Shown: piece by piece, positions 31,869-40,554 of the stretch
Layout: each line of letters starts with the position of its first letter
Numbering within the stretch: position 1 is the stretch's first letter
Source of the DNA: Dehalococcoidia bacterium
GTDB taxonomy: Bacteria; Chloroflexota; Dehalococcoidia; Plut-88900
Reading direction: 5' to 3'
NCBI GenBank assembly: GCA_965197585.1
Contig: OZ240215.1
Span: 1,824,001 to 1,888,000, forward strand
Length of the DNA stretch: 64,000 bases
Notes under the pieces: model-generated
What the model was told of the DNA's origin: nothing
The model's database searches: none
What the model saw: only the letters and a program-made list of their open reading frames with translations
Translations under genes and position numbers: made by a program

Positions 31869-32663
31869 TCAGCTTGCGGAGTCCCGCTCGTCGAATACCT
31901 CTTTGGCCACACCCAGTGCATTTAGGCAGGCGGGCAACCCACAATAGAATACAAGGTGCAGGAACAGCTCGCCTATTTCTTCTCGACTCCACCCAAGGTT
32001 CAACGCCCATGCCACGTGGCCCTTCAGCTGCGGCAGACGCCCGAGAACGCACAACGCCGACATCGTGGCAATACTCCGCACTTTCTTCTCCAGCCCCGGC
32101 CGGCCCCAAACGTCCCCAAACAGGCTTGCCGTCACCCACTCCTCCATCCCGGATACTAGGCCATACTCCGCCCCCGATGCCTCTTCAGGATTACCTAGCG
32201 TGACCTCCTCCAGCACCTCATTCCCCTTGGCAATGCGCTCCACCGTCGACTCCCCAACCTCCGCCTCAACGGGACCGTCGTCCATAAGACCACGCTCCTC
32301 GAATACTGTCCTCGCCACGGACAGCGCATTCAGCGTGGATGGAAGCCCTGCATAGAACACCAGGTGCATGAACATCTCGCCCAGCTCTTCCTTCGTCCAT
32401 CCCAGGTTGAGAGCGTAGCCTATGTGCCCTTTCAGCTGAGGCTCCTTGCCCGTCACGGTCAACGCCGTCATCGTAGCTATGCTCCGCATCTTCTTCGGCA
32501 GTCCGGGCCGTCCCCACACCTCCCCGAACAGCGACGCGGTAACCCAGTCTCCCATACCCGGGACCAGGTCGTACTGCGGCAGGCCTGAGGCCGTTCTGCC
32601 CCCCAGGCTTAGCTCTTGATAGCTGGCTTCCCCCCGGTTTACCCTGTCTTTAAATTCCGTCAT
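31869..32663 (-). CDS. CMD family protein with two tandem domains
   Basis: Internal duplication WVTASLFG(E/D)VWGRPGL..LKGH..ALNLGW..HLVFY. Confidence 0.85.
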   Translation of the reverse strand: MTEFKDRVNRGEASYQELSLGGRTASGLPQYDLVPGMGDWVTASLFGEVWGRPGLPKKMRSIATMTALTVTGKEPQLKGHIGYALNLGWTKEELGEMFMHLVFYAGLPSTLNALSVARTVFEERGLMDDGPVEAEVGESTVERIAKGNEVLEEVTLGNPEEASGAEYGLVSGMEEWVTASLFGDVWGRPGLEKKVRSIATMSALCVLGRLPQLKGHVAWALNLGWSREEIGELFLHLVFYCGLPACLNALGVAKEVFDERDSAS

Positions 32664-32762
32664 AGTATGTCCAATCTACAAATTTATCTTGGCCTGGCCT
32701 CATTATAGGCCATTCCCACAGACTGCAAAGGTCGTCCCAGTCCCACCCTTGCGAGGTAGCTG

Positions 32763-33041
32763 ATGAGCAAACAAAAGCGTAAGCCCCGAGAAGAAGAATT
32801 CTCTCCGAAGTCCCGTTCAACCGCCGGCAATCTGGGCGTCGTATTCGGGCCCGTAGGCGCGCACAGGTTCTATCTCGGCTACACCCTTCACGGTATTATC
32901 CAAATCGCCCTGAGCATCACCATCATCGGCGCTCTCTGGGGCATCTACGAAGGTATCACCATTCTCTGGGGCAACGAGTGGCGAGACGCCCAAGGCAGGC
33001 TCCTCCGCCCCTCCCCTCCCACCGGGAAGCAGACCCAGTAA
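32763..33041 (+). CDS. TM2 domain protein
   Basis: GAHRFYLG motif and two TM helices. Confidence 0.85.
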   Translation: MSKQKRKPREEEFSPKSRSTAGNLGVVFGPVGAHRFYLGYTLHGIIQIALSITIIGALWGIYEGITILWGNEWRDAQGRLLRPSPPTGKQTQ

Positions 33042-33072
33042 CGAGGCCACCAGCACTTGAGGAGGTAGCGAC

Positions 33073-33837
33073 ATGTACGAAAGCCTGAACGGAAAAGTAG
33101 CGCTGGTCACGGGAGGAGGCTCGGGGATTGGCCGGGCAACCTCCGAGGCCTTCGCCCGGCTCGGTTGCAAAGTCGTCGTCTCGGACATGAACGGGCCCGG
33201 TGGCCTGGAGACAGTGAAGGGTATTCTCGAGTCCGGCGGCGAAGCCGTATTCATTCAGGCCAACGTCACTGTTACCACTCAGGTCCAGGCCCTGATCGAA
33301 CACACCGTTTCTCGGTTCGGCAGGCTCGACTGCGCTGTCAACAACGCCGGCATCAACGTCACGTCCCGGCTCCCCACCCACCTCCTCCCCGAAGACGACT
33401 GGGACCGGATCATAGACGTCAACCTGCGCGGGGTCTGGCTCTCCATGAAGTACGAAATCCCTGTGATGCTGGATCAGGGTGGCGGCGCAATTGTTAACCT
33501 CGCATCCATCTACGGGATCGTAGGCGCCCCCAACACTGCCGCCTACACGGCAAGTAAGCACGGAGTGTCTGGACTGACCAAGGTCGCCGCCCTCGACTAC
33601 GCCAAGAACGGCATTCGAGTCAACGCTGTCGGCCCAGGCTACACCGACACCTCGATGGTACAGCGCGTCGTCGACGCCAACCCAGGAATACAAGACTGGA
33701 TGATTGGCAAAACGCCCGCAGGCCGCATGGGAAACCCATCGGAGATCGCCCAGGCCATAGTCTGGCTCTGCTCCGACGAGGCTTCCTTTGTAACCGGCGC
33801 AATCGTCCCCATAGACGGCGGAATGATAGCCCGCTAA
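33073..33837 (+). CDS. SDR family oxidoreductase
   Basis: TGGGSGIG, NNAG, YTASKHG, IDGG. Confidence 0.95.
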   Translation: MYESLNGKVALVTGGGSGIGRATSEAFARLGCKVVVSDMNGPGGLETVKGILESGGEAVFIQANVTVTTQVQALIEHTVSRFGRLDCAVNNAGINVTSRLPTHLLPEDDWDRIIDVNLRGVWLSMKYEIPVMLDQGGGAIVNLASIYGIVGAPNTAAYTASKHGVSGLTKVAALDYAKNGIRVNAVGPGYTDTSMVQRVVDANPGIQDWMIGKTPAGRMGNPSEIAQAIVWLCSDEASFVTGAIVPIDGGMIAR

Positions 33838-33976
33838 CCTCCACCTTCCGCCTCGGTGCTTACTCCCCCGTAGGGGCAGGTCTCGTGCCTGCTCTGTCTC
33901 CTCCCATCCCCTTCCCTCGTCCCACCCCGAGGCCCCGCGCGGGATCCAGGACTTGCCTACTCCCACTCTTTTGTTG

Positions 33977-34363
33977 TCACCACAACCGCCGCACCCCATA
34001 TCGGTCAAACAGTGGTTCCCTGGATACAAGAATGAGGTCATGAGCCATCGATTGTGCAATCAGCATCCTGTCGAATGGATCGCCGTGGTGACCGGGAAGC
34101 CCTCCCGCCTTTAAGGCATCATCCACGGTTATCGGCAGCTCTTGGAAACCTTGCGCGGCAATTATGCCTGGCATGTCTAGAACTAGAGCATCAGCCTCAT
34201 CAAGCCTGCCACTTCGATGCTTGATCGCAATCTCCCACACCGATGCAGCGCTTATTAGCTTGTCATTCATATCGTCAGAAATTGCCCGGTAGCCCGTCTC
34301 TGAAAGCCGATGGCTGGATGCAACCCACCAAATCAGCGCGTGCGTGTCCAGCAAAAGCCGCAA
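33977..34363 (-). CDS. vapC: VapC-family PIN toxin
   Basis: LLDTHALIW, SAASVWEI, HGDPFDRMLIAQ; TTG start directly after the antitoxin stop. Confidence 0.92.
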   Translation of the reverse strand: MRLLLDTHALIWWVASSHRLSETGYRAISDDMNDKLISAASVWEIAIKHRSGRLDEADALVLDMPGIIAAQGFQELPITVDDALKAGGLPGHHGDPFDRMLIAQSMAHDLILVSREPLFDRYGVRRLW

Positions 34364-34597
34364 CTACCTCCCCTCCCACAACCTCAGTTCCTCTTCCGGC
34401 AGCGGATCAAAGAAACTGTCGTCTATCTTTATCTTTCCTTTTAAAGCGCCAAACCGCGGCTTCCCATTAGGCTTGCAGCTCACCAACCAAGCCACCGGCT
34501 TCCCATTCCGGGCAATAATCACTTCTTCCCCCGCCTCTACTTGCACCAGTAACTTCGACAAGTTGGTCTTCGCTTCATGAACATTTACTGTTGTCAT
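34364..34597 (-). CDS. Phd/YefM antitoxin (copy 1)
   Basis: VNVHEAKTNLSKLL..GEEVIIARNGKPVA. Confidence 0.92.
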   Translation of the reverse strand: MTTVNVHEAKTNLSKLLVQVEAGEEVIIARNGKPVAWLVSCKPNGKPRFGALKGKIKIDDSFFDPLPEEELRLWEGR

Positions 34598-34617
34598 AGC
34601 TGTTCACATGGACCAGT

Positions 34618-34653
34618 GTAGCTAACTGTATAGCTAATTAAGGATGGAGTCAT
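34618..34653 (-). promoter_or_regulatory. TA promoter/operator, copy 1
   Basis: ATGACT-N17-TACAGT with two TAGCTA palindromes around the -10. Confidence 0.6.
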
Positions 34654-34686
34654 GTAACGCTCTTATCCGACACTTGAAATCCTATC

Positions 34687-34920
34687 CTACCTCCCTTCCC
34701 ACAACCTTAATTCCTCTTCCGGAAGCGGATCGAAGAAACTGTCGTCGATATTAATCAGACCTTTGAGCACGTCAGGTGTCGGCTTCCCCTTAGGCTCGCA
34801 GCTCACCAACCGGGCCACCGGTTTCCCATTCCGGGCAATGATCACTTCCTCCCCAGCCTCGACCTGCGCCAGCAGCCGAGACAGATTGGTCTTGGCCTCA
34901 TGTACATTCACAGTTGTCAT
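34687..34920 (-). CDS. Phd/YefM antitoxin (copy 2)
   Basis: 77-aa near-duplicate of 34364-34597. Confidence 0.92.
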   Translation of the reverse strand: MTTVNVHEAKTNLSRLLAQVEAGEEVIIARNGKPVARLVSCEPKGKPTPDVLKGLINIDDSFFDPLPEEELRLWEGR

Positions 34921-34940
34921 AGTTGTTCCCCTTGCCTATC

Positions 34941-34976
34941 TTAGCTAACTATATAGCTAACTCTGAATGCAGTCAA
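34941..34976 (-). promoter_or_regulatory. TA promoter/operator, copy 2
   Basis: TTGACT-N17-TATAGT with two TAGCTA palindromes around the -10. Confidence 0.7.
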
Positions 34977-35016
34977 GCGGATGCTCTTTTCCGATAGGAG
35001 AAATCTCTATCTCCCT

Positions 35017-36402
35017 CTACCCCCGAAACTCCTCCCGAGGCCCCTTCAACCGCTCCGACAAATCAGTGTCTCCCATAAACTTCACCAGGTATTGGTGCAA
35101 GTCCTTAGCCACGTCTTCCTTATCCTGTACCAGGTTCCGCTCCTGGCCCGGGTCTGAAGCCAGGTGATATAGCTCCGACTTCCCCGCCTCCGCCGCATAC
35201 ATCAGAGACCAATCGTCTGTCGTAACCACTGTGTTGGAGTGGACCTTCGCCCTTCGAAGGAAATTGTCCACGTGTCTAACCTGAGCCCCGGGGTTGGCAA
35301 ATGGCTTGCCACTGATCACAAACTCCCGACCCGGCAACGACAAATCGTGCATCCTAGGCAGCAGCGAGTCCCCCTCCACTTGCTCAGGAACCGGCTGGTC
35401 CAGTATCTGCATCACCGTCGGCATAACGTCAACTGCTGCCGTTAACTTGTCATACACCCCCGCCTTCAATCCGGGAACGTACATCAAAAGCGGTATACGT
35501 ATGATCTCCTCATATAGCGGATCATGGCCCCAGCCCGCGTCGGCTCGCATCCAACCGTCGGCCGCCGACCCGTCCTCCGTCGTATAAACCGACTTCCCAA
35601 AATGTCCCCCGTGCTCCCCAAACAGAAATCCGTGATCTGTGGTGAAGATGATCGCCGTATTGTCCATCAACCCCATATTCTCGACACACCTCATCAGGTA
35701 ACCGATCCACGTGTCTACCATCGTCACCTCGCCACAATAGGTGGCGTGTGCCTTCTTGACCTTGGCCTCCGTGAATCCGGGCACGTCCTGCCAGCGGTTA
35801 TACGGCGGTTCGATGATCTCACCATCGTAGTCGGGCATATAGAGCTCGGTATAGTAGTTGGGCGCGTCCCAGGGCTCGTGAGGGTCCCACGTGTCGATAT
35901 AAAGGAAGAAGTTCTCTTTGTAGTGTCGCTGCAGCCATTGCATCGCCCAGGTAAATGTCTGTGGTGCAGCATGGTCCGCCTCCGACCTCCACCCTGCCCG
36001 CAGGTCATGCGACTCTATCTTGAACTTCCCCGGGATAAGCGACGCATCCTGGCTCGGGTTGAAGTAAAACCCCTGAAACCCCCGGTCGAAGTTCATGCCG
36101 TCCCGGATATAGTACGGCGTATCAACCACCGCAGCCGTCACATACCCGCGCTCGGACAGGATATCCGCCAACGTGATCGATTCAGAAGGAAGCGGCTCCC
36201 ACCCCATGAACGACATCGTCCACTTACCCGTATGATGGTCTGCTCGCGCAGGCACAGTGGGAAAGGACGAGACAAAGTGTCGGTCGAACCGCACGGCCTT
36301 GGAAGCCAATGAGTCAAGCGCTGGAGTCTTAATCCAATCGTTCCCGTAGGCCCCCATCCGGTCCCACCTGAAAGTATCGGCAACTATCCAGATTACGTTC
36401 AT
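35017..36402 (-). CDS. Sulfatase-family hydrolase with Thr in the signature
   Basis: NVIWIVAD, TPALD, PTVPAR, DPHEPW, TTDHG, ELYHLASDPGQERNL. Confidence 0.88.
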   Translation of the reverse strand: MNVIWIVADTFRWDRMGAYGNDWIKTPALDSLASKAVRFDRHFVSSFPTVPARADHHTGKWTMSFMGWEPLPSESITLADILSERGYVTAAVVDTPYYIRDGMNFDRGFQGFYFNPSQDASLIPGKFKIESHDLRAGWRSEADHAAPQTFTWAMQWLQRHYKENFFLYIDTWDPHEPWDAPNYYTELYMPDYDGEIIEPPYNRWQDVPGFTEAKVKKAHATYCGEVTMVDTWIGYLMRCVENMGLMDNTAIIFTTDHGFLFGEHGGHFGKSVYTTEDGSAADGWMRADAGWGHDPLYEEIIRIPLLMYVPGLKAGVYDKLTAAVDVMPTVMQILDQPVPEQVEGDSLLPRMHDLSLPGREFVISGKPFANPGAQVRHVDNFLRRAKVHSNTVVTTDDWSLMYAAEAGKSELYHLASDPGQERNLVQDKEDVAKDLHQYLVKFMGDTDLSERLKGPREEFRG

Positions 36403-36482
36403 AAACGCACACCTTTCTCGGCCTGGCCCTCACGCGTGGCCGGCCGATGCATAGCCTCCATCCATGTCCGTGTCAAAGTCAT

Positions 36483-37215
36483 TCAACGGGCTTTCTCCAT
36501 GGCAGACATTGCCATCGCATTACCACCTATCTCGTAAGGCGAGATCACCTGGTTCGCTCCGGCTCTGCGCGGCTTCTCCTCCGCCTCAGGTCTGGACGCC
36601 CTGGCCACGATATGCAACCCCGCGTTCAACCCCCTAGCCGTCAGCGTTATATATACATTCTCACTGTCATCGCCCGTCACCGCAACCAGTCCCACCGCCT
36701 TATCTATCAGCGCCGATATTAGATCAGCGTCTCTGGTGGCATCGCCCTGCAGAGACAACAGACCAAGCTCTTCAGCTTCGGCCAATGCCTCGGCCTCATT
36801 GTCTACCACAATTACCGGCACCGACTCCCCTTGAAGGGTGGAGGCAACTACCCTGCCGACTCGTCCAAAACCGCATACGATGAAGTGGCCCTTGAGCTTT
36901 GCGATTTTTTGTCTTCAATTTGCGCCTCCGGAATAAGCTCCCGACCTCATGCGCGACTGCCAAATTGACCACCGAAGTCAGGACATAGAGCATCACCCCT
37001 ACACCCGCCACCATCAGGAATATTGTATAGATGCGGCCGGTTGATGGGAGGGGGTGGACCTCCTCATAACCTACGGTCGTCAAGGTGAGTATGGTTATAT
37101 AGGCCGCGTCCAGCAGTGACCACCCCTCAATCACCATGTACCCGGTGATCCCCACCGCCACCACGACTGCCAGCGCAAACACGCCCCTTGCTAACCCACT
37201 CCTGAATAGCCTCAC
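36483..37215 (-). pseudogene. Frameshifted K+ channel / TrkA-N (RCK) protein
   Basis: Pore TLTTVGY in 36796-37215; an extra A in the A6 run at 36905-36910 shifts HFIVCGFGRVG..GDAT into another frame. Confidence 0.75.
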
Positions 37216-37369
37216 TACTGCCCTTCACCTCTTACTCGACAGTACACATTTCGAGCCACCGTCTCTGTAAATGATAGTGCCGACACAAAATGACTCCTCA
37301 ATGCGCCGGAGCCCGAATCTCACCCTAAATCGATTCGCATTTGCGTCACCTTTGTATAACCGTCATTCC

Positions 37370-38425
37370 TGTAGATGTCAGATGATTCGTTGACAGAATT
37401 AGAGGGATTGAAGGGTCTCCAAAGGGGTCTTTCCGTCCATTGCCTGATGGGGTCTTTGGGTATTGTAGTAGAGCAGATATTGCTGCAGTTCGTCCCGCAG
37501 TTCAGCCACCGACTCGAAGGTGGTCCCCTCCAGCAGGTCCTCGTTCAGGGTCCTCCAGAACCGCTCTATCTTCCCGTTAGTCTGGGGCCTATAAGGGCGA
37601 GTGTAGCGGTGCTTGATGCCCAGCTCCTTGAGCATCCGTTCCATGGGGTGGCCCTCGATGTTCCTGGGCGAGGCCATCTCGGGGCCATTGTCGGTGAGGA
37701 TGGCCTCGAATTTGATGCCGTACTCCGCATTAAGGAAGTTGATGGATTTCAGGGTTGCGAACATGACAGAGAGGCTCTTGATGTCTCCGACCACTTCGGC
37801 CCAGGCCAAGCGGGTGCAGGCGTCGATGAGGGCTACCAGGTAGTAACGGCGCTTGGAGTCTACCAGGAGGTCCCGGCTGAGGTGGTGGCTGTCCAGGTGC
37901 CCCAACTCCCCTGCCCGGGTCTTGATGATCTTGCGCTTCGATTGCTGCATCGGCTTTGTGAGCCTATTAACACCGTGGCGTCTGGTGATGGCGTAGATGG
38001 TAGAGGGCTTAGGGGTGTGCTGTTTGAGGATGGGCTTGAGTATGGCATATATCTCGTAGCGATTGGTACCGTTGAAGCATTCGCTGAGAACCTTCTGCTC
38101 TATGTAGGGCAGGGTACGGCGGCTCTTCCAATTGGGGCCCCGTTTACGGGGGAAGAAGGCTTCGTCGGAGGGGGAGAGGAGGAACCGGTTGTAGTACTTG
38201 GCAAAGGTCTGACGTGTAGTGCCGTGGAAGGCATAGAAATCCTGGGCGAAGCGGAAGCGGGGATGCTTCCTGGCCTTGACCAATCGGTATTCCTGTATGA
38301 GGAATCGCCACTTCTGAATGTAGTTCCTTTCAAGGGTGAGATCCTTGCTGTTGTCTCGCATTTTCGCCTCCAGATTGGTGTTGGCCTCTTATACCAATCT
38401 GTCAACGAATTACCTAACACTTACA
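37370..38425 (-). mobile_element. IS481-family insertion sequence
   Basis: TGT..ACA ends, 28-bp TIRs matching at 23/28, 5-bp target duplication ATTCC. Confidence 0.92.
37399..38361 (-). CDS. IS481 family DDE transposase
   Basis: GELGHLD, IDACTR, LTDNGPE, RPYRPQTNGKIERFWRTL, YNTQRPHQA. Confidence 0.93.
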   Translation of the reverse strand: MRDNSKDLTLERNYIQKWRFLIQEYRLVKARKHPRFRFAQDFYAFHGTTRQTFAKYYNRFLLSPSDEAFFPRKRGPNWKSRRTLPYIEQKVLSECFNGTNRYEIYAILKPILKQHTPKPSTIYAITRRHGVNRLTKPMQQSKRKIIKTRAGELGHLDSHHLSRDLLVDSKRRYYLVALIDACTRLAWAEVVGDIKSLSVMFATLKSINFLNAEYGIKFEAILTDNGPEMASPRNIEGHPMERMLKELGIKHRYTRPYRPQTNGKIERFWRTLNEDLLEGTTFESVAELRDELQQYLLYYNTQRPHQAMDGKTPLETLQSL

Positions 38426-38559
38426 ATTCCGAGGCTCCGCGAGGAATCTGGGGCTGGGAATTGGCTAACATGTCTAGTCTTCCCAATATGTTCGAGCACG
38501 GGAAGTTATTCAAAGGTTTCTTTATCGCTGAGGCCGCGAGCCTCTCAGCGCACGTGCTA

Positions 38560-39834
38560 TCAAGTCACCCGGATAGGATGCGGAATCGGCTGATTGAACA
38601 GATATCCCCGGTAGTTGAAGGGTGTTTCATCAGGCTGAGTGTTCCCCGCCGAGTCCGTGGCCCGCGTCATTATCGTGTGCCGTCCTGGAGCCGCATCCCA
38701 CGTAAACTCGAAACGAGCCCATGAGTACTGCACTTGCGGCCCGGTTATTTCCGCGTCCTTCCATGTCCGACCGGAGTCCTCGCTCCATTCAACTTTAGCA
38801 ATAGAGCCGTAACCCGAATGCGCATAGCCATATATCTGGCGCGGGCCCGTAGACAACTCCGCGGGCCATGAAAGAGCGAGAGCGCTCTTCACAACCTGGG
38901 TCGTTATGACTTCTCCCTCCGCCTCCCCCTTCGGCTCATACTCATCGCCGATAAGCACGTAGTGCGTGGTGTTATTGCGGGTCCAGATTGGCTCGGAAGA
39001 CACCACTATCTGACCCAGCCATTTGATGGATGACGTCCCTGCCCAGCCCGGCACTACAGCTCGTAGTGGGAACCCATGGTCCTGTGGCAGAATCTCTCCG
39101 TTCATACCGTAAGCTAGCAGCGTGTCGGGGTGCATCGCCTTGTCCACGGGTAGTGTTCGTCGGTAGCCTTCCTCCGGAGCATCAAAGTCCATCCCGACCA
39201 ATAGCACACTCTGTGCCTCTTCCTTGATCCCCGCTTCCCTTAGCACGTCCCTCAGTGGCACCCCTATCCACTCACCATTCCCCACCCCTCCCCTGCCCCA
39301 CTGCGTACCTATAGTCGCCTCTCCTTTTACCAGGTCGAACATCACACGCTGATTGCCCGCACACTCCACGAAGGAGACCAAAGTCCTGGAAGGCATATTT
39401 AGAATCTGGTCGTAAGACAGTTCCAGCGGAGAAGATACGGCGTCCCCTCCTATGCTGAGCTTCCAACCAGTGGAGTTCACTGCCACGCTGCTGGAGTTGT
39501 TGCGCACGAAAAAGAAGCGGTTCGGCGTAATCAATCCCTGGATGTTTTCCAGGCGACCCTCTAGGCTGCCTTCGTGCTTAATGAAAGGGTCCGCGTCCTT
39601 GAACCACGCCGCCGACGCCATAGTTCCCAAGTCTGGCATGGCAGTGACGATTGAAGTTGGGGATGGGCTCCCCGAGCAAGCCGCCAACACATCTGCCGCA
39701 CCTCCTGCGGCCAACAGTTGTAGGAAACGGCGCCTGGCTATGCCATGAGCGCTGGCCTGCCGCCAGAGCCGGTCTTCCTCTGACGCCCTCGTGTACCTTG
39801 GGACACTTGTACAGTCAACCTCTGATGGGTCCAT
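38560..39834 (-). CDS. Sulfite oxidase-family molybdoenzyme, Tat-exported
   Basis: ARRRFLQ Tat motif, FFVRN, ECAGN Mo-ligand Cys, DHGFPLR, SIKWL, C-terminal dimerisation domain; start uncertain. Confidence 0.9.
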   Translation of the reverse strand: MDPSEVDCTSVPRYTRASEEDRLWRQASAHGIARRRFLQLLAAGGAADVLAACSGSPSPTSIVTAMPDLGTMASAAWFKDADPFIKHEGSLEGRLENIQGLITPNRFFFVRNNSSSVAVNSTGWKLSIGGDAVSSPLELSYDQILNMPSRTLVSFVECAGNQRVMFDLVKGEATIGTQWGRGGVGNGEWIGVPLRDVLREAGIKEEAQSVLLVGMDFDAPEEGYRRTLPVDKAMHPDTLLAYGMNGEILPQDHGFPLRAVVPGWAGTSSIKWLGQIVVSSEPIWTRNNTTHYVLIGDEYEPKGEAEGEVITTQVVKSALALSWPAELSTGPRQIYGYAHSGYGSIAKVEWSEDSGRTWKDAEITGPQVQYSWARFEFTWDAAPGRHTIMTRATDSAGNTQPDETPFNYRGYLFNQPIPHPIRVT

Positions 39835-40028
39835 ATCTCTACCCCATTGCCTGCGTAACAAGTGAATAGCCTGAACAGGTTCTTGGGACGGTGCACCCTA
39901 ACGGTATCATCTTCTCGGTACTGATTAAAGTCCCGAATTCCCAGCGCAGAGCAGGCCCGCATACACTATAATATCCCAGCCCCGACCCCATACCGATAGA
40001 AATTACCCCTAATTAAGGAGCAACCCCA

Positions 40029-40244
40029 ATGGCAGCTGTTTCATGGAGCGAGGTCGCCAAATATTTCGATGACGCCTTTCCCCTCAAGGGCAGGGTCGAG
40101 CGCCGTGATGTCATGGACCTCGCCGATGCAGATCTCGCCTCAGATGACGTCGTAGATGCAATAGACGCCATCGGCTCCCGCGTCTTCCCGACCATCGACG
40201 CCGCCAAGTCCTTCCTCGAATCCCAGGGCTACATTTCCGCCTAA
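40029..40244 (+). CDS. Small acidic hypothetical protein
   Basis: RBS TAAGGAG, host-like codon usage, 71 aa. Confidence 0.75.
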   Translation: MAAVSWSEVAKYFDDAFPLKGRVERRDVMDLADADLASDDVVDAIDAIGSRVFPTIDAAKSFLESQGYISA

Positions 40245-40489
40245 ACCCCACCCCCATCCACCCGCTCACTCCGAGCGGAGCTGCAAGTGCGCCTCTGGAG
40301 CATCGAAGGGTCGAGCGTGGAGACCCCCCCACCATCAATCCATCGCGATTGCCCTACCCCCATCCACACTTGTCTCTCTTCCCGACGTTCATCCGTCACT
40401 CCGGGCCCCCAACCGACTCACGGATCAAAGCCAACCCATTATTACCAACGATGCTCTTGGCTTCCACACCCTTTACTTACGAAAACAAC

Positions 40490-40530
40490 AATCGGGGGCT
40501 GGCATATGTGCCAGCCCCCGATTTCTTTCG
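40490..40530. terminator. Intrinsic terminator between convergent genes
   Basis: AATCGGGGGCTGGCA-TATG-TGCCAGCCCCCGATT followed by TCTTT. Confidence 0.8.
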
Positions 40531-40554
40531 CCTTCTAAGAAATTATTGGTGAAT

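Larger units (their letters stand above)
37345..38520. repeat. MITE with IS5-type TIRs, interrupted by IS481
   Basis: GTCACCTTTGTATAAC (37345) and GTTATTCAAAGGTTTC (38505) match at 13/16 as an inverted pair; about 115 bp once IS481 is removed. Confidence 0.6.

Noticed and set aside
37375-38724. 449-aa plus-strand ORF
   Set aside because: Antisense shadow of the IS481 transposase that crosses the element boundary; no motifs.
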